From Raillietiella orientalis (lineage: Eukaryota), in assembly GCA_036172245.1 (NCBI GenBank), contig JAYWIR010000002.1:4216001-4280000 (forward strand): a DNA stretch of 64,000 nt, read 5' to 3'. Numbering within the stretch: position 1 is the first letter of the stretch; each line of letters starts with the position of its first letter. A program made the translations under genes and the position numbers. This document shows, in pieces, positions 51,314-64,000 of this stretch. The notes beneath the pieces were generated by a model, which worked only from the letters and a program-made list of their open reading frames with translations, was not told where the DNA came from and did not search any database.

Positions 51314-52179
51314 GGCGCCGGCCGCGGACAGACTCCCCCCTCCCCCAGCTGTGGTCATCCGAATACACGTGTGGCTGCAAAGACCTCAAGGCCTCGAGGC
51401 ATCCTGCGGAGGATCCGGGGTTCGGGAAGGGCGGGGAGGAGGCGAAAGGAGCAGGAAGAGCTCCTTCCTGTGGTCGGGAGTGGCGCGCGCCTGATGCCCG
51501 AGCCGGAGGGCGCTGCACTGCTGGGCGGCGGCACCGTCTCTAGCGGGAGGGAGGGGGTTGGCGGCCAGCTGAGCGGAGAGCCCCGAGGGCCTCGGGCATC
51601 GCGAGGGCGTGGCGCGGCGGGGAGGCTTTGACTCCCGGCAGCCCGTCCAGGGTCCCCGCCCGGCGTTGCCAGACTGCCAGCACTGAGGTCAGTTCGCGCG
51701 ACGACAGCGCTTCTCCGTCCGGCGCCTTCTGTGGTTGCGATCTACCCCCACGCCAGCAGCAGCCTCTACTCCAGCAGCAGAAGATGAGGGGGGGAAAGGA
51801 GGGGAAGATTTTGCGCCTTCCCCCATCATTTGAACGGCGGCGTGAAGGCGCTGCTCGCGCGGCAGCTGCAAGGGCGAGGTCAACTCGCGGTCTGTTCGTG
51901 CGGGACGGCGCCAGCGCCGGCGTGTTCGGAACGGTTTCGTACTCCGCCGCTTCCGGGGTGCGGCGCCGCTCCAGCAGAGGTGCCTTCACGCCGGCGTCCA
52001 CGGGAGCTCCCCGGGATCTCTTCGCCTGTCCCCCCCGCAGCCCGCTGGGCGCGGACGCCGCAGCGCTCTCCCGCACGGCGGCGGCAGCAGCAGCAGCCCT
52101 TGGAGGCTGCTGCTTGCGGTGGCTCCGAAGGTGAAAGAAGGCTGCTGTACCCACCCGTCCTCCAGGCGGGACTCTGAAA

Positions 52180-52185
52180 AATAAA
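52180..52185 (+). terminator. Probable polyadenylation signal of the NDRG-family gene
   Basis: First AATAAA after the stop, at the end of a ~870-nt GC-rich 3' UTR where composition drops sharply. Confidence 0.55.
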
Positions 52186-52336
52186 GGTTTTAAATCATGA
52201 ACTTGGAGGTATACATAGAAGGGAAATGGGGTTCATTCTTCGGGAATATTTCTCTATCGCTTACACTGCAGTTTCTTGGAATTTGCATCGTGAAAACCAA
52301 GAAATGGTTCCATGAGGTGCCCATCAAAACTCCGAG

Positions 52337-53272
52337 CGATCGAAATCTTCAAAGATCATGAAAAATAGACACATAGGCTTATTCTATACAGATAAATGCA
52401 CAAATTTATTTTAATATGCATAGTTGTTCACATTTATTAACATATATTTCATTAATACAATTCATAAGTTGTTTGTATTATTGACATATCTATGAGAGAT
52501 TAAAAAAAATAGATATGTATGCTTATCATATGTAATGATAAATATATCTATGCATAGATTAATACATAAATTAATATATATTATGAAAATCCTGAAAATA
52601 GACACAAGCATATTCTACACAGATTAATGTACAAATTTATTTAAATATGCATAGTCATATTTATTAGCATAAATATTATTAACAATAATATTATTGGAAC
52701 AGATATGTCTATTAAGATCCAGAGACATACATTTTATTAATAAAATAAATAAGTTGCTGATTATATTGCTGATGTACATATCAAAGTTTACATTTATATA
52801 AAGATTAATGTATAAATTCGTATATGTTATGAAGATTATAAACCATAAATATATATTCATGTTTATATTTATATAAAGATTAGTGTATGGGTTAACATAT
52901 ATCATGAAGATTATAGAAAATGAATATACATGCTCATTATACACATTCATATAAAGATTGATACATGCAATCATGAAGCTTATCAAAAATAAATGTAGAT
53001 GCTTATTATATGTATTGATACATTATTTATATAAAGATTAATATATGCATTAAGATATACCATGAAGATTATAAAAAATAAATAAGCATTGATACATATA
53101 TTCATATAAAGATTAATGTATGGATTAATGTATGTCGTAAATATTATAAAAATAATGATACCGTGAATAATATGTACGTAAATAAACATGCATGTGAAAA
53201 AAAATGCCTATATTAATCTGTGTAGAACAAGCTAATCTGTTTATCTTTAACGATCTTTCAAGATTTTGATCG
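52337..53272. mobile_element. AT-rich foldback/MITE-like element, copy 4
   Basis: TIRs CGATCGAAATCTTCAAAGATC / GATCTTTCAAGATTTTGATCG; two ~240-bp units plus several tandem sub-units (ATAAAGATTAATGTAT...ATGAAGATTAT). Confidence 0.85.
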
Positions 53273-53759
53273 AGGTCGGCTGAGGGGTTTGGTCATTCGG
53301 GATTGTGAAGAGTTTGAACCTGATCCGGTTTAATGAGAGCACTTTGTTTACAGCAGAGATGAATTCTTTGAGGATCTACAAGTCGGTTAATGTACCAGTA
53401 TGACAGAAATTTATGTATTAAGTTTGGGATTATAAGCATGCTTTGGCTGTTAGTAATAACGTTTACCCATAGCTTGCTCAATGAGATGCGTATGTGAACT
53501 TTAAAGACTGTAGGTGAGCAGCATTTACTTTTGATTGCAGAGGGAAATTTGAATCGGTAATCGCTGAGACATTGGTGCTGATTACATGCCAGCAGTTGCA
53601 ACTAAACGTAAGAGTCAAGTCGGCACCTCTGAATCTGATGGAAACTGCAAGCTCTTTACGCAGGAAGTTGTTATGGAGATCCAAATCGTTGTTCATAAAG
53701 TGGAGCTAGGCGCTCCAGTACAAATGATGGATAATAGGGAGAGGCGGAAGGAAACTTAG

Positions 53760-54976
53760 ATGATTCGGAGGCAGTGAGAAGTATTAGCGTTATCCACGGA
53801 CGTGCAGTAACTTATGGAACTCACCGCGAAATGGGACGAGTGGCCTTTAGCAGCACACAGAGCCTACTCGAAGCTGTTGAACAACTCGATAGGCCAGACG
53901 TCTGCCTTAATAGGCGCCACTGGAGAGTGGGTGAACATCGACCCACTTGGAAACGCAAAAAGGCACTGGTGAGGCTTCACCAATTCAAGATCGTGCTTAG
54001 GAGTAAGGGAGGAAGAGCTGGCTTTGGTGATACCTCACTTTGTCCACGTCCCCAGGGACACTGTGAAATGGATACACCAGAGGCCAAGAGTAAGGATAGA
54101 GCATAGCGAACAGTTCGCCACCAGTGGCTCCGCCATCAAGCACGAGTGTTTCTCATCACAATGGAAATCAAAGGGAGTTTCAGCCACAGAACCCGGGAGC
54201 TTTGGAAACAGCTGCCGCATCAGGCATGGCTGCTGGTGACCAAAGCCAACATCAAAGAAGAAACGCTCAAGATACATCAAGGATACAACGTCCTCGATGC
54301 AGCCTCGAGCCGCTACGAACTTGGGCACGCAAACGTGCAGGTGGTAGGGGCTGCACTCTGCAGGAGTGACCTTCCCTCGGACACCCAGGACGAGCTCCTG
54401 TTCCATCACGGAGGCATCCAGAGTGGCTCTAGACTGCAACACTGGACCGGCAACATCCAGGACGGACTCTGCAAGGCGTGTGGAGTGGAAGGAAAGCAGC
54501 TCCACGTGTTCACTTGCCTCACGCTGCGACCCGATTGGCAAGCGGTGAAGGCGGTGACCTGCCTGCAGCGAAGAAGGAAGATCGAAATTCTGGCGGGCTT
54601 GTTTCAATGGAGCGGAATCGGTCCCCTGTACAACCCGATGGTTCTTACCACGCCTGCCCTCTTCATCAAAGCAATTGTGATCAGAATGGCAAAGATGCAC
54701 ACATTCGGACGAAGAGTACCGGCATGGGAGATCCTGAAAGACCTACTGATGAGAGAGATCAGGATTAGGAGCCGCGGTAGGATCCCAGCCTGGAGGTATC
54801 GCTACATCCTCAGGAAGATGGGCGGATACGCCCTGGTAAGAGGAAGAATCCCCAGCCCACCCTGAACCTAGAGTTTCAAAAACGCCAATGCGATAAGCGA
54901 CGTGAAAGGATGAGTTGAAATCAAAACCAGCACGGTTGCAAACTGTGAAAACAGAGAAAGGACAACAACAAAAAAA
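53760..54976 (+). mobile_element. L1/Tx1-clade LINE 3' part (different subfamily from B-D)
   Basis: WKRKKALV...SKGGRAG; ORF 54146-54865 with HGGIQSGSRLQHW...LCKACGVEGKQLHVFTC zinc knuckle; 3' UTR ending ACAACAACAAAAAAA. Confidence 0.75.
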
Positions 54977-55859
54977 TTTGACAGTTGTTTGTTAAAATCG
55001 TTTACAGTTTGTTTCGATAAATTCACCCCTCCGCTTGTCGGACCTGGAGAAAATTGAGTAGTATTAGAGTTTGCTCACTTCTCGATATTCCTGGATAACG
55101 ATTTACCTCTTTCTTGTTTGCGTTTTGTGGTTTTGATTATTCAGGAACGATTAATTTTCCCAGTAGGGCGTGATTATGAGTTCCAGTCGGGATGCAGCCT
55201 GAAGAGGGGCACACAAGTGAACCGCGGTATGCTAAAACTGGATGGATGCTCCGGCTTTGAACTGTGTGCACAGTTGAACTGTGTAGATTTGTTTGAGGAG
55301 GATAGAGGGGACAACGGAGTCATCGAGTCATCCCCCTTCGCTCTGGTGTAAGATTACGTGAGTCGCAACATAGCGAACGTACCAAGGAAAGGGGGTGAGA
55401 TTTGTCGAAGCAGAGGGTGGTCCCATTATCGATAATCATGAGTTGTTCTGTTGCGTTTGGGCATGCAACTGTTGGCAAGTGAATCAATAAGGAACGATGT
55501 TGAAAAACAGGTGGCAAGTAGGGACAGAATACGAAGTGTAGTCATCTTTTGTATCAGAGTAGAATTCACTGAAAATTGATGTTTGCTTCTCGAATGTTGA
55601 TGAATTAAATAGAATCGATGCTACATGTGGGAAATCAAACCATTAAGTTTCACTTGCTGGTGATACGCTGACAATTCACGTTGCCAATGAAGGAGAGAAT
55701 GAGGGTGGGCTTGCCTCTTTTTTGTATGGATGTAGAATGGTGTAGTGTAGGAGTCGTGAGTTCAGAGGTGGCTACTGCAGGGTTCCCATACTGAGTTCGG
55801 GTTGGTATTTAGAGTACTGCGTACATTGAATGTGGTCAATAATGAATCCTGTCAAACAG

Positions 55860-58800
55860 CGTTTCAATCATCAACAGTCCTCGTAGAGAGTGATGATACC
55901 GCGGAGAAGATCAGGCACGCGGAGCAGACGGATCCGTTCGAGGAGCGCCTCAGCGCGCGTGGGCGGATGGCGAGCCACACGGCTGCCGGAGACGCGTCGC
56001 CAGAGTCCGCGGCTGTAGAGGACGACTGGCATGCGTGCACGGGATCGGGGACTTTGCAGAAGCTGTAAACGCCTGATGGCGGCTGCTTCTGCTGCTTCCC
56101 TTCTGTCACAGCGTGCGCTGCTTGCTTCTTGCATCCAGCATCTTCCGTGCCTCGTGACGGATGCTGCATCTTGGGAATTCGACGTCTCTGGATCTCATTT
56201 TCGCCTATGTCCTGCTCCGAACCGGATCTCCTCCTTTCCCTCCGTGACGTCACGAGTCAGTTGCGCTCCGGCCCTTGTGGAGGCGTCTCTCGAGGGAGGA
56301 AGGAGCAGGCAGGAGAGGAGCTCAAGCAGCCTCTCGGAGAAGCCGAGCTGCATGTTTCAAGAACCGGCCACGTGCGAGAGATCATCCATCACCATCTCCG
56401 TGACATCCAGGAGCTCAGAAGGCTTGGAAATGCTCAACCTAATGATGACTTTACCATCTACGTGCTGCGTCTTTGCCTCTTAGAGAACCCAGCGATGAGA
56501 CCGGAGCGAGCGTTTGCGTCGCCATGCAACCGCAACTTCCTCCTCTGATGTCTCCGCGGAAGCCACAGAACGACGGGTCTACCAGCTCTTGCGGGCACCG
56601 CTCGGAACTCGAGTCAACTCCAGACAGAGGCACTTTTGGGGGGGGAAGAGGGCGGATACTGTGTGGAGGGGAGGGGGAGGGAACCGGCAAATCCGCCGAA
56701 GGGGGGTGGTGGGTAGCACCGCCGAGTCCTCCTGGTCCTGAACGGCTCTCCTCATCCTCCGAGAGGAGACGGGCCAGTAAAGCGCTCCGACTGAGATACT
56801 TGCGCGCTGAGGAGTCCACCGGATGTTGCTCGGGCTGCACCACCGGGAGTCTTTGGAGCTGGGAGCATCGGCAGTCTGCGAGCCCGGAGCGGCAGCGGCA
56901 GTCGCCCTGCTGAGCTGGTCTGTTCGCGGGACCCCCAGACGCACCGTCGGAGATGAGAGCGCGCAAGAGAGAGCGACCGCTCCTTGCCGGAATCACCTCT
57001 CTGACGGTCAAATCACCTCTCTGCGCGCGCGGGCAGGCGGCCCGCGGCCCTATCACTGTTCTTCCTGAGCGCCTCTGCTGGACCCTCACCAAACCAAAAA
57101 ACATCCCATGCACTCTGGATCATGTGCAGCTTCCGACCACCAGATGCATTGGTTGGGACCCTCCGTCTCTGTTTTCCAAGGTCAGCAAGCACTCCTGCAC
57201 TTCCGTCATGACTGCTACATGGACCATCTGCCCTCTTCTTGCATGGACCATCGAAGCAGGACTTCAGACACCGAGCCATTGCATTCTCTGGAACAATTTG
57301 TGGAGGCTGCTTCTGTGTCGAGGTCACGTTTGCAAGACACCAAAGGGGTCGGCCAGAGAGGAGCAGTTGAGACGCTCTCCCTCCCTTCTCTGGCTAATAA
57401 CCTGACTAGCGCCACTCCTCAACCTTGGCCTTGGTTTCATGTGGAAATCAGTGATAGCTGCAGATGTCACTTATTACGATGATGACCACCAGTTATTCGG
57501 TGATGCATAGTGGGTTCATTTTTTCACTGGTTTGTGATTAAATTCTACGAACCAGTCAACAAACAGACGGTTCCGTTCCGAAGAGTTCCCCCCCTTCTTC
57601 CGTCCCCTCTCTCTAAATTGCGACTCTGGCAGCCCTGAATTTTCCGAAACGTTTGCCAAGCCTGTAGCCCCTCAAGGAGGTGCTCGTCCGGGAAGGTTTT
57701 TTTGGGATAGCAGTAACCCGAAAGATCGCAAATGTTGCGCTATGCTCATGCATCATAGACACCAGCAAAAAAACTGGAATGTTCTGGAGGAACCATCATC
57801 GGTACAAGAACCTGACAAGTAAAGCGTCAAAGCTTGTCAGCACTTGGCGCTGTCCTCCAAAACTGCGTCTTCTGGAAGTGACCTTGTGGAATTGTGACTA
57901 TGATGGCAGGAGATGGCTGCAGAAAACAAAATCCGGGAGTCAGCACATTGCTAAGAACTCGGACGCAATCTTTGGGGATGCTTGCCTCGAGACGTGCGTT
58001 TCCTGCGACAGATGCTGCTGTTGCTGACTTCCTGCCTCTGCAAGCTCCTACTTCAGATGAGCAGCTGCGGTTCCAGGTTCCCATCTGTCTCCTTGACTTT
58101 TCGGTCACGTGAGGAGAAACCTCAGCGCCTCGCTCCTATAGAATTGGAAACGCAGATAGCCTCCCAGCCCGCGACAAAAATCATTCACGAAAGCGCTTCG
58201 ATTCCGTTCACTAGAAGAGCAACTCCCCCATGGGGGTTCATTCTGATCTCGGAATTCCCTCGGGTCTCCAAGACACACAAGATTACTCGAAATTTCTTTG
58301 TGACACAAAGACTCCTCACGGCGGTATTTCGTCTCCCTGGCGTCCCACTTGAAACTTGGGAATCTCTGTGGTGGAAAATGTCCACTCAATACTTGGATGA
58401 TAACTTACCAGGAATCATCGCCGAAGCCTTTCTCAAAGTCTCGAGTCGGGAAGAAGTTGCACGCCTGCGTGCATGCATCTCCCTCCTTTTTTCCCCTTCT
58501 CCAGCTTTAGCTCCCCCATAATCATCTCATTTGATTTTTTTTCTCCCCGCAGAGAATGCAGACGCACACGTAACAATCGTGCGAGCATTTCCGAGATGGA
58601 CTAAGAAAGCAACGCCCGGACAAGATGTTTATTTGCATGCGTTCCCTTGGTTACGCTACCGATTGTTAAGAATGTCGTGTTTGATCCATGGACTCAGAAA
58701 ATTCCAAGATGGTTACTCGTGCAATAAAATTCTGATTCAGCATTCCTGATAAATCTCGTGTTTGTTAGCAACCAGCTGATGGCCAATTTGCATGCCGAGT

Positions 58801-59120
58801 ATGTGATTAAAAATGTGGTGAAAGACATCTGCAACGAATGTGCATCCGTAGACGAAGTCAAACTCATCAACGAGAACGTGGTGGTCTACACGGTAAGTGT
58901 TCCTTCAGTGTCTTTCTTGCACATGGAGGGTGCCAAGCTTGCTGATGCAATATGTTGACTTGAATTTTGTCTCGCGCTCCTTTCAAGGTGGTGTTAAATT
59001 TGGACTTTCAGGTGGATATCTTGCGTTCCGTTATCTAGGCTTCAATCGGCAAGACCGAGAGGAGTCTTCTACGCGAAATCACAGCGGCCCTTTTGGCTTT
59101 CCTCCCTTGTTGTTGCGCTA
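55860..59120 (+). mobile_element. Decayed ORF1 (gag-like RRM + zinc knuckle) remnants of non-LTR elements
   Basis: SVFQGQQ...HDCYMDHLPSSC and LCRGHVC near 57170-57350; NLHAEYVIKNVV...VDEVKL...YLG near 58760-59080 resembles ORF1 RRM/YxGQ layout. Heavily degenerate. Confidence 0.35.
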
Positions 59121-59299
59121 GTAGCTGGAAACAGAGAGTAATCCACTGTGAAAAGAGCTTCTAGTATGTTCGCACTCAACCTAGAAGGTCAAAAATTGCA
59201 CTTCCAGTCATGAAGATGGGACACCTGTTGGAGCCTACAGAGATGCTCTGCTCCTGCAGAGAGCATTGACTTATCTTTTTTCATAACCAGCCGATGTGC

Positions 59300-60650
59300 A
59301 TTGATTCTCATGTTAGGCGTTCCCATGTTAGACTTTCACATTCGGATATCATCAAAATGATTATTCTATGGGATTCTTTTGTCACCTTTGTAAGTGCAGC
59401 ACCTGGGTCTATCACTGGGTCTTTGATGCATGAATTGATTCTCATAATGGCTCGTGGCTACACTTTTCTGGACCTACAGACAGGTTGACCAGTGTAAGAA
59501 GACCGTGCTTATCAGATGTGCATAGTAATCTTCACGCACGCACAAATGAATCCGAAAGTGCTTCGGGAAAGCCGTGCTTATTAATGAGACTTTAAGCTGT
59601 CAAGCGTCGCTTCGCCTAGCATCCCTGGTAGCATTCTTCTGAAGATATTCCCGTTTCCTATGCGAATCCAACTCTTTCCTGACTCTGTCCTAAGGAAATA
59701 CACTTTCCTGTAGTCAGAAATGCTATTCAGTTTTGTCTAGAGGAAACAGGTGACTCTGCGTGTGGAGGTTGGATAGTCTCTCTTTGGAATGACCTTTGGT
59801 TTCGTCTTTGACCGTCGCTAATGGTACCCATCGTGGCATTGTGAGCGGTGCATCGACCAACCTGTATTCTAAAAAATTCCATTATTCCTGTCGATTTGGG
59901 AAGATATCTTATGCTCGGTGCAAAATAACCATGTTTTCACGTAACCATGTTTTCCATGGTTGTAAAGTTTACTTTCTTAGTGAGTCCACTCTTTTCATAA
60001 ATTTATTCTTAGCCAGAGTCAAATGCACAGTCAAGGCGCACAGTGATGATAAGACACCGATCCACTACCAGATCAAGAGAATGCTCATCTGACGTGAGGA
60101 TTCCTTCCGCATACCGAGCGAAAGGATAAAACGCTTTCTATCTGTTCCCTCCAATAAGATGATGGAAAATACGTCTTCGAGATGCCAGTGCAGCCTGCCG
60201 AAGCCAAATTAGAATAGTTCAAATGCCTTGATTTCCCTCTAGCAGGTTTTCTATTCGTCTTTGAGTTTTCCCGAACGCTTTCCAGTCTGTCGTGCCTTGG
60301 ATGCCTCCGTGCTCAACGACCCCGTGTCGACGCGAACACACTGCTGAGCACGTGTCCGTCCGACGTGAGCTCGTGCACGTATCCCAAAACTTCGCTTCGT
60401 GAAGCTTCAGATACCGCTCCTGAGCTCGTCCCTTGGATTGGAAAGGCCGAGTGCGTGACTTAATTCTTCGTTTCTTGGGCAAGCATTATGTGCGGGACCG
60501 AAATCCCTGTCATCACCACGGTGCAGATTCCTCCTCCATGATGAGTTCGAACCGATAAAAAGAGAGTTAGGCAACACAGTACCCAGTTCCCCATCCACGC
60601 CCAATGTTCGTTCGTACGCAAGTTTACTCTCACGAGACCAGTGCGGTGTC
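59300..60650 (-). mobile_element. Old LINE RT remnant (copy G)
   Basis: Minus-strand SISDYRKVYFL (cf. YRPIxLL) and LINKHGFPEAL (cf. LxxxGFP). Confidence 0.35.
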
Positions 60651-61177
60651 ACGGAGTGCACGGGGAGTGCTGCTGAAAACTAGAGGGGAAGAGACGGTGG
60701 TCCGCAAATCTGCATTAAGACAAAAAAAAAAAAAAAAAAAAAAGGCCGCGAGAATCACTGAAAGCGTGGAGAATTTCTGAAAGATGCAGATTGCACGGGG
60801 TGAGAATCAAAAGAGAAAGATCCAGCTTCCATGCCGCAGGCTTCCATTCGGCACTCTTGGTCAATACCATCCGTGTAAGAGGCACGAAATGCCATCCCAA
60901 GTCCTAAGTCCGCTAAACGAGAAAGCACAAGGAAGGTTTTGCCAAAGAAGAGGAAGGACAAGCAAAGTCAGAACTGCTGTTCCTCTAGGTGAGCGCACTG
61001 AGCTGAATGCTCCGAGATGATTGGTTTCACATCTACCTGCTCATTGCATTACTGAGAGCCTGATTCTATCTTCAGTGCTTTAATTTGTCTTCCTTTCTGA
61101 CCGTGTATCCCTCGAAACGTCATGATGATTGGCACGAGAAATGCTTCTCATGAATCAATAGTCGTGAACGCTTGGAA

Positions 61178-64000
61178 TTTATCACCCAGTCACGCTAGGA
61201 CGTTTATTTAATAAAAGAAACCAGCTAGTAATACAGTTCTCAACCAAAGGCAAGGGAAGTTGAGGAGAGGGTCCACCGATACTCAGGCAGGGATCTCTAA
61301 AAGTCCTGAACGGGAGGGCAGGGACAATATGGGAAATACGATGTGGAAACACGGGAGGGATGGGACAAGGGTCTTTGGTATCGTTGCACGCTTGAAACCA
61401 AGCCAAGCTGGGATCTTGTTGAGGTCCGGATTGCATATCTCTCCTTGGAATATGGCCGGTCTTCTAGAACCTGCTTATTCTTCGAAATTTGTGAGCATGA
61501 CACGAGCATTGTTGCGTGTCCAAAGCGGCGTTGCTACTCGACTCGAGGCAACTCCACCTTGGAGTTTCAGAGAACCTCACTCACGCATCGTCTTTCAGAA
61601 CAGGCAGTGGTTTCAGATCATCTGGATCTGCAATTCCGGAGCGTCCGGAGCTTCTCGTCCATTCGCTTACTAGTAGGGTCCGCAGGCTCGTCGCTAATGT
61701 CGTGCGTCTGCTGACCGGCGTCCCCATTATCTGTAGCGTCCCGTGATGGCTTTCGGCATACGCAGCATGGGAAGCATACATGGGCGTTCATCTGTTGAGG
61801 GACAAGGTGCGGTCAGGGCTGTGAGTACTTTGTGGATACCGATCTAGTTTCTTCGGTTACCTTCGTGGCGCCGACACTCAGTGTTTCCACGTCGTCTCAT
61901 CTGAGTCCTCCTCGACGCGCAGTCCGTGGATCCGGTTTGTTGATGATCATCGTTTTGTTGGACATCCTTCCATTATTATTCAGGCACCTGCGCCCGTTCC
62001 TCTATTTGCAGGCAGTGCTTCTTTCGGGAAGTTTCCTTCCGAGAAAATTTGCAAGCGTCCCTTCGGGGTTCTCTTCAGATGAGTAGGAAACAAGGAGCGA
62101 TTCCCTTGTGGGTTGTCTCCAGAGAAGAAATTCGAAGAGTGGATCCTTTCCGGGTTCCCTTTGGAGAAGAAACAAAGGAGAGACCCCCTCCATGGATCCC
62201 TCCGGAGAGAATAAGGAAGAGATTCCACATGTTCTCTCTCTGTTGTACCCCCACCCTGTGTTTGCGTCCCCCTTTCCCGAACTTTTCCAGCTCCTACTTG
62301 GGTACTCGATTGCACCTTCGTTCCCATGAGCCTCCTGTTTGTCAGGACATCTTGTTCAATCGTTTAACGCTCGGAGTCACAAGCATCTGCCCGTGAACGA
62401 TTGTATGCTTCATGTGGGAAGTTGACTCGCACATTTCGCGACGTTTCCTGGGCCGCGTTTCCGGTAAGGAAATCTCAGGAATGCGAACCACGCGTTTCGT
62501 CAGCTCTGGAGTTTCGTCCTTCAGGATCCCGCTCTCTGTGATTCGCGGGTCTGGATTCTCCGATGGAGAGCACCAGAGATGTGAGAGGAGGAAAAAAAGC
62601 AGAATAAAAAGCAAGAACAAATCAAACCCCGTGAGAGCTGATGCTTCCGCTGGGACATCGTCTCAAGTTTCCCTCTGAACAGGAATCACCATGACGCCTC
62701 GTGGACTTCGCGCCCTGCCACCGGAAGGAGTTCTTGAGTCCGCGGCCACACGAGTGGAAAGAGAGGCAGAAAGCTCAGCACAGCATGCTACTGATGTCTG
62801 ATTTAATCAGGCTATCTGACACTTCCCTCTGTCCCTTGTCGAGTTTCCGATTAGCCGCAGATGACGTGGCGCGTAGGACGAATGGGTTCCGGGTTTCATC
62901 ATGATGAAACCCGGGGTTTTCGTTGCTTCCCTGACCGCATCTTCTCGTCATCATAGCTGACATCACTCTTTTTTTTGATAGCTTGCATTTCTGGACACTG
63001 GGACGTTCTCTTACTGTCTGGATGGCGACTCGGAATCTGCGAGACACCGTACGTTGTGGCGCTCCCTCATCTGAGGGGAGTTTCACGGTTGCATCTTCTT
63101 GCCGATCGGCTGATCTTCCACGACTAACGCGACTTTGGCCAGATGGCCTTCACCAATGCAGACTTTACCCTCCTCCCCTTGTGGAATCAGACACGGAACC
63201 GAGGGCTGTCCCTCCTGAGTGCGTAATACTTCCTGCTCTAACGTTGCTACCAGAGCATGCAAGAGTCGGTAACACTTCTACTCGCACTGCCTCTCCTGCT
63301 GCGTTCTCATCGAGGGTGCTGCTTGCCCGTGAGAAGACGCGGAATGCTTTTTCCACTCGGGATGCCTTTTTGTCTTCATACAGATTCGATGGTCCGTTCC
63401 AGGGAGCATCCAGATAAATACGTGTTTTCTTGTCCTCGCCGCCACTCGGCTCTCGTAAGCTATCTCTTACTCGAGCACTGGGTCTGCAGTAGCTGAGACG
63501 GGAACACTGCCCCTCAGTCCGCCGCTACGACTGCGCAGGCGATCGAAATCGCCCGAGAGGCGCAGGGAGGGTCCCTCTTCTCCCATTCGAACCCCTCCCA
63601 TTTCCAGGCAGAAGCCGATTTTCTCCAGCGGTCCATTCCTCCGACTCGAAACGGGAGGATGCGGAGGACCAGGAGAACATGCTTTCGTCTTCTCCCGGAT
63701 AGGGAGGAAAGTAGCTGGCCTCTTGACGGTCATCCTGCATCCTGCAAACCAGGAAGAAATCCGCGAATTCTACTTCCAGGTCAAGGTCGTTCTCCTGAAT
63801 CCAATGAACGGGTACTACTCGGGGAAACCGTTGAGCCAAAAAGACATTGGGAGGCTCAAAGAGCAGTGCAGACGCATCCTCACGGACAAAGTTGTGTCCA
63901 CTGCCCACACCCTCAACATGCAAGTGGTCTTCCTGAGTGGATACACCAACCGAGGTATCTCTCCAGCCGCCTGCAAATTCCCTGCAGCACCGACGCGAGA
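61178..64000 (-). mobile_element. Decayed LINE ORF2 with APE endonuclease + RT (copy F), continuing past the window end
   Basis: Endonuclease-order motifs STQEDH (cf. LQETH), LSGDFD (GDFN), FSRASSTLD (SRLD), VSDS (SDH); 62043-62100 closely matches copy B 23191-23250; shared terminal motif at 61208-61178. Confidence 0.75.

Noticed and set aside
51540..52177. ORFs with poly-Q/poly-A runs after the NDRG-like stop
   Set aside because: They lie in the GC-rich 3' UTR before AATAAA 52180; short CAG/GCG repeats explain the composition.
52590..53160. Regularly spaced AT-rich repeats that might suggest a CRISPR array
   Set aside because: Degenerate tandem sub-units without unique spacers, inside a TIR element in eukaryotic DNA; no cas genes.

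Overview
Eukaryotic genomic DNA, most likely arthropod (inferred from the ZK1073.1/CG2082-type NDRG gene and an invertebrate-type U2 fragment). Two spliced + strand genes can be built by hand with consistent GT-AG phases. Gene 1 is an uncharacterised ~510-aa protein gene (CDS exons 3046-14287) that crosses an abrupt boundary from AT-rich, CpG-depleted DNA (about 1.3-10 kb) to GC/CpG-rich DNA. Gene 2 is a 9-exon, 359-aa NDRG-family alpha/beta-hydrolase-fold gene (26076-51313). The rest is mainly decayed L1/Tx1-clade non-LTR retrotransposon relics, four copies of an AT-rich foldback/MITE-like element, a 5' U2 snRNA fragment and a recent 151-bp templated duplication. Most of the many ORFs in the GC-rich part are spurious. 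The most unusual observations are a conserved 31-nt AATAAA+hairpin terminus without a poly(A) tail on four LINE copies, and an RT core rewritten into purine/pyrimidine blocks in three copies, two of which read SEE at the YADD position. I found no clearly new multi-gene system. All homology calls come from motif recognition, not database searches.
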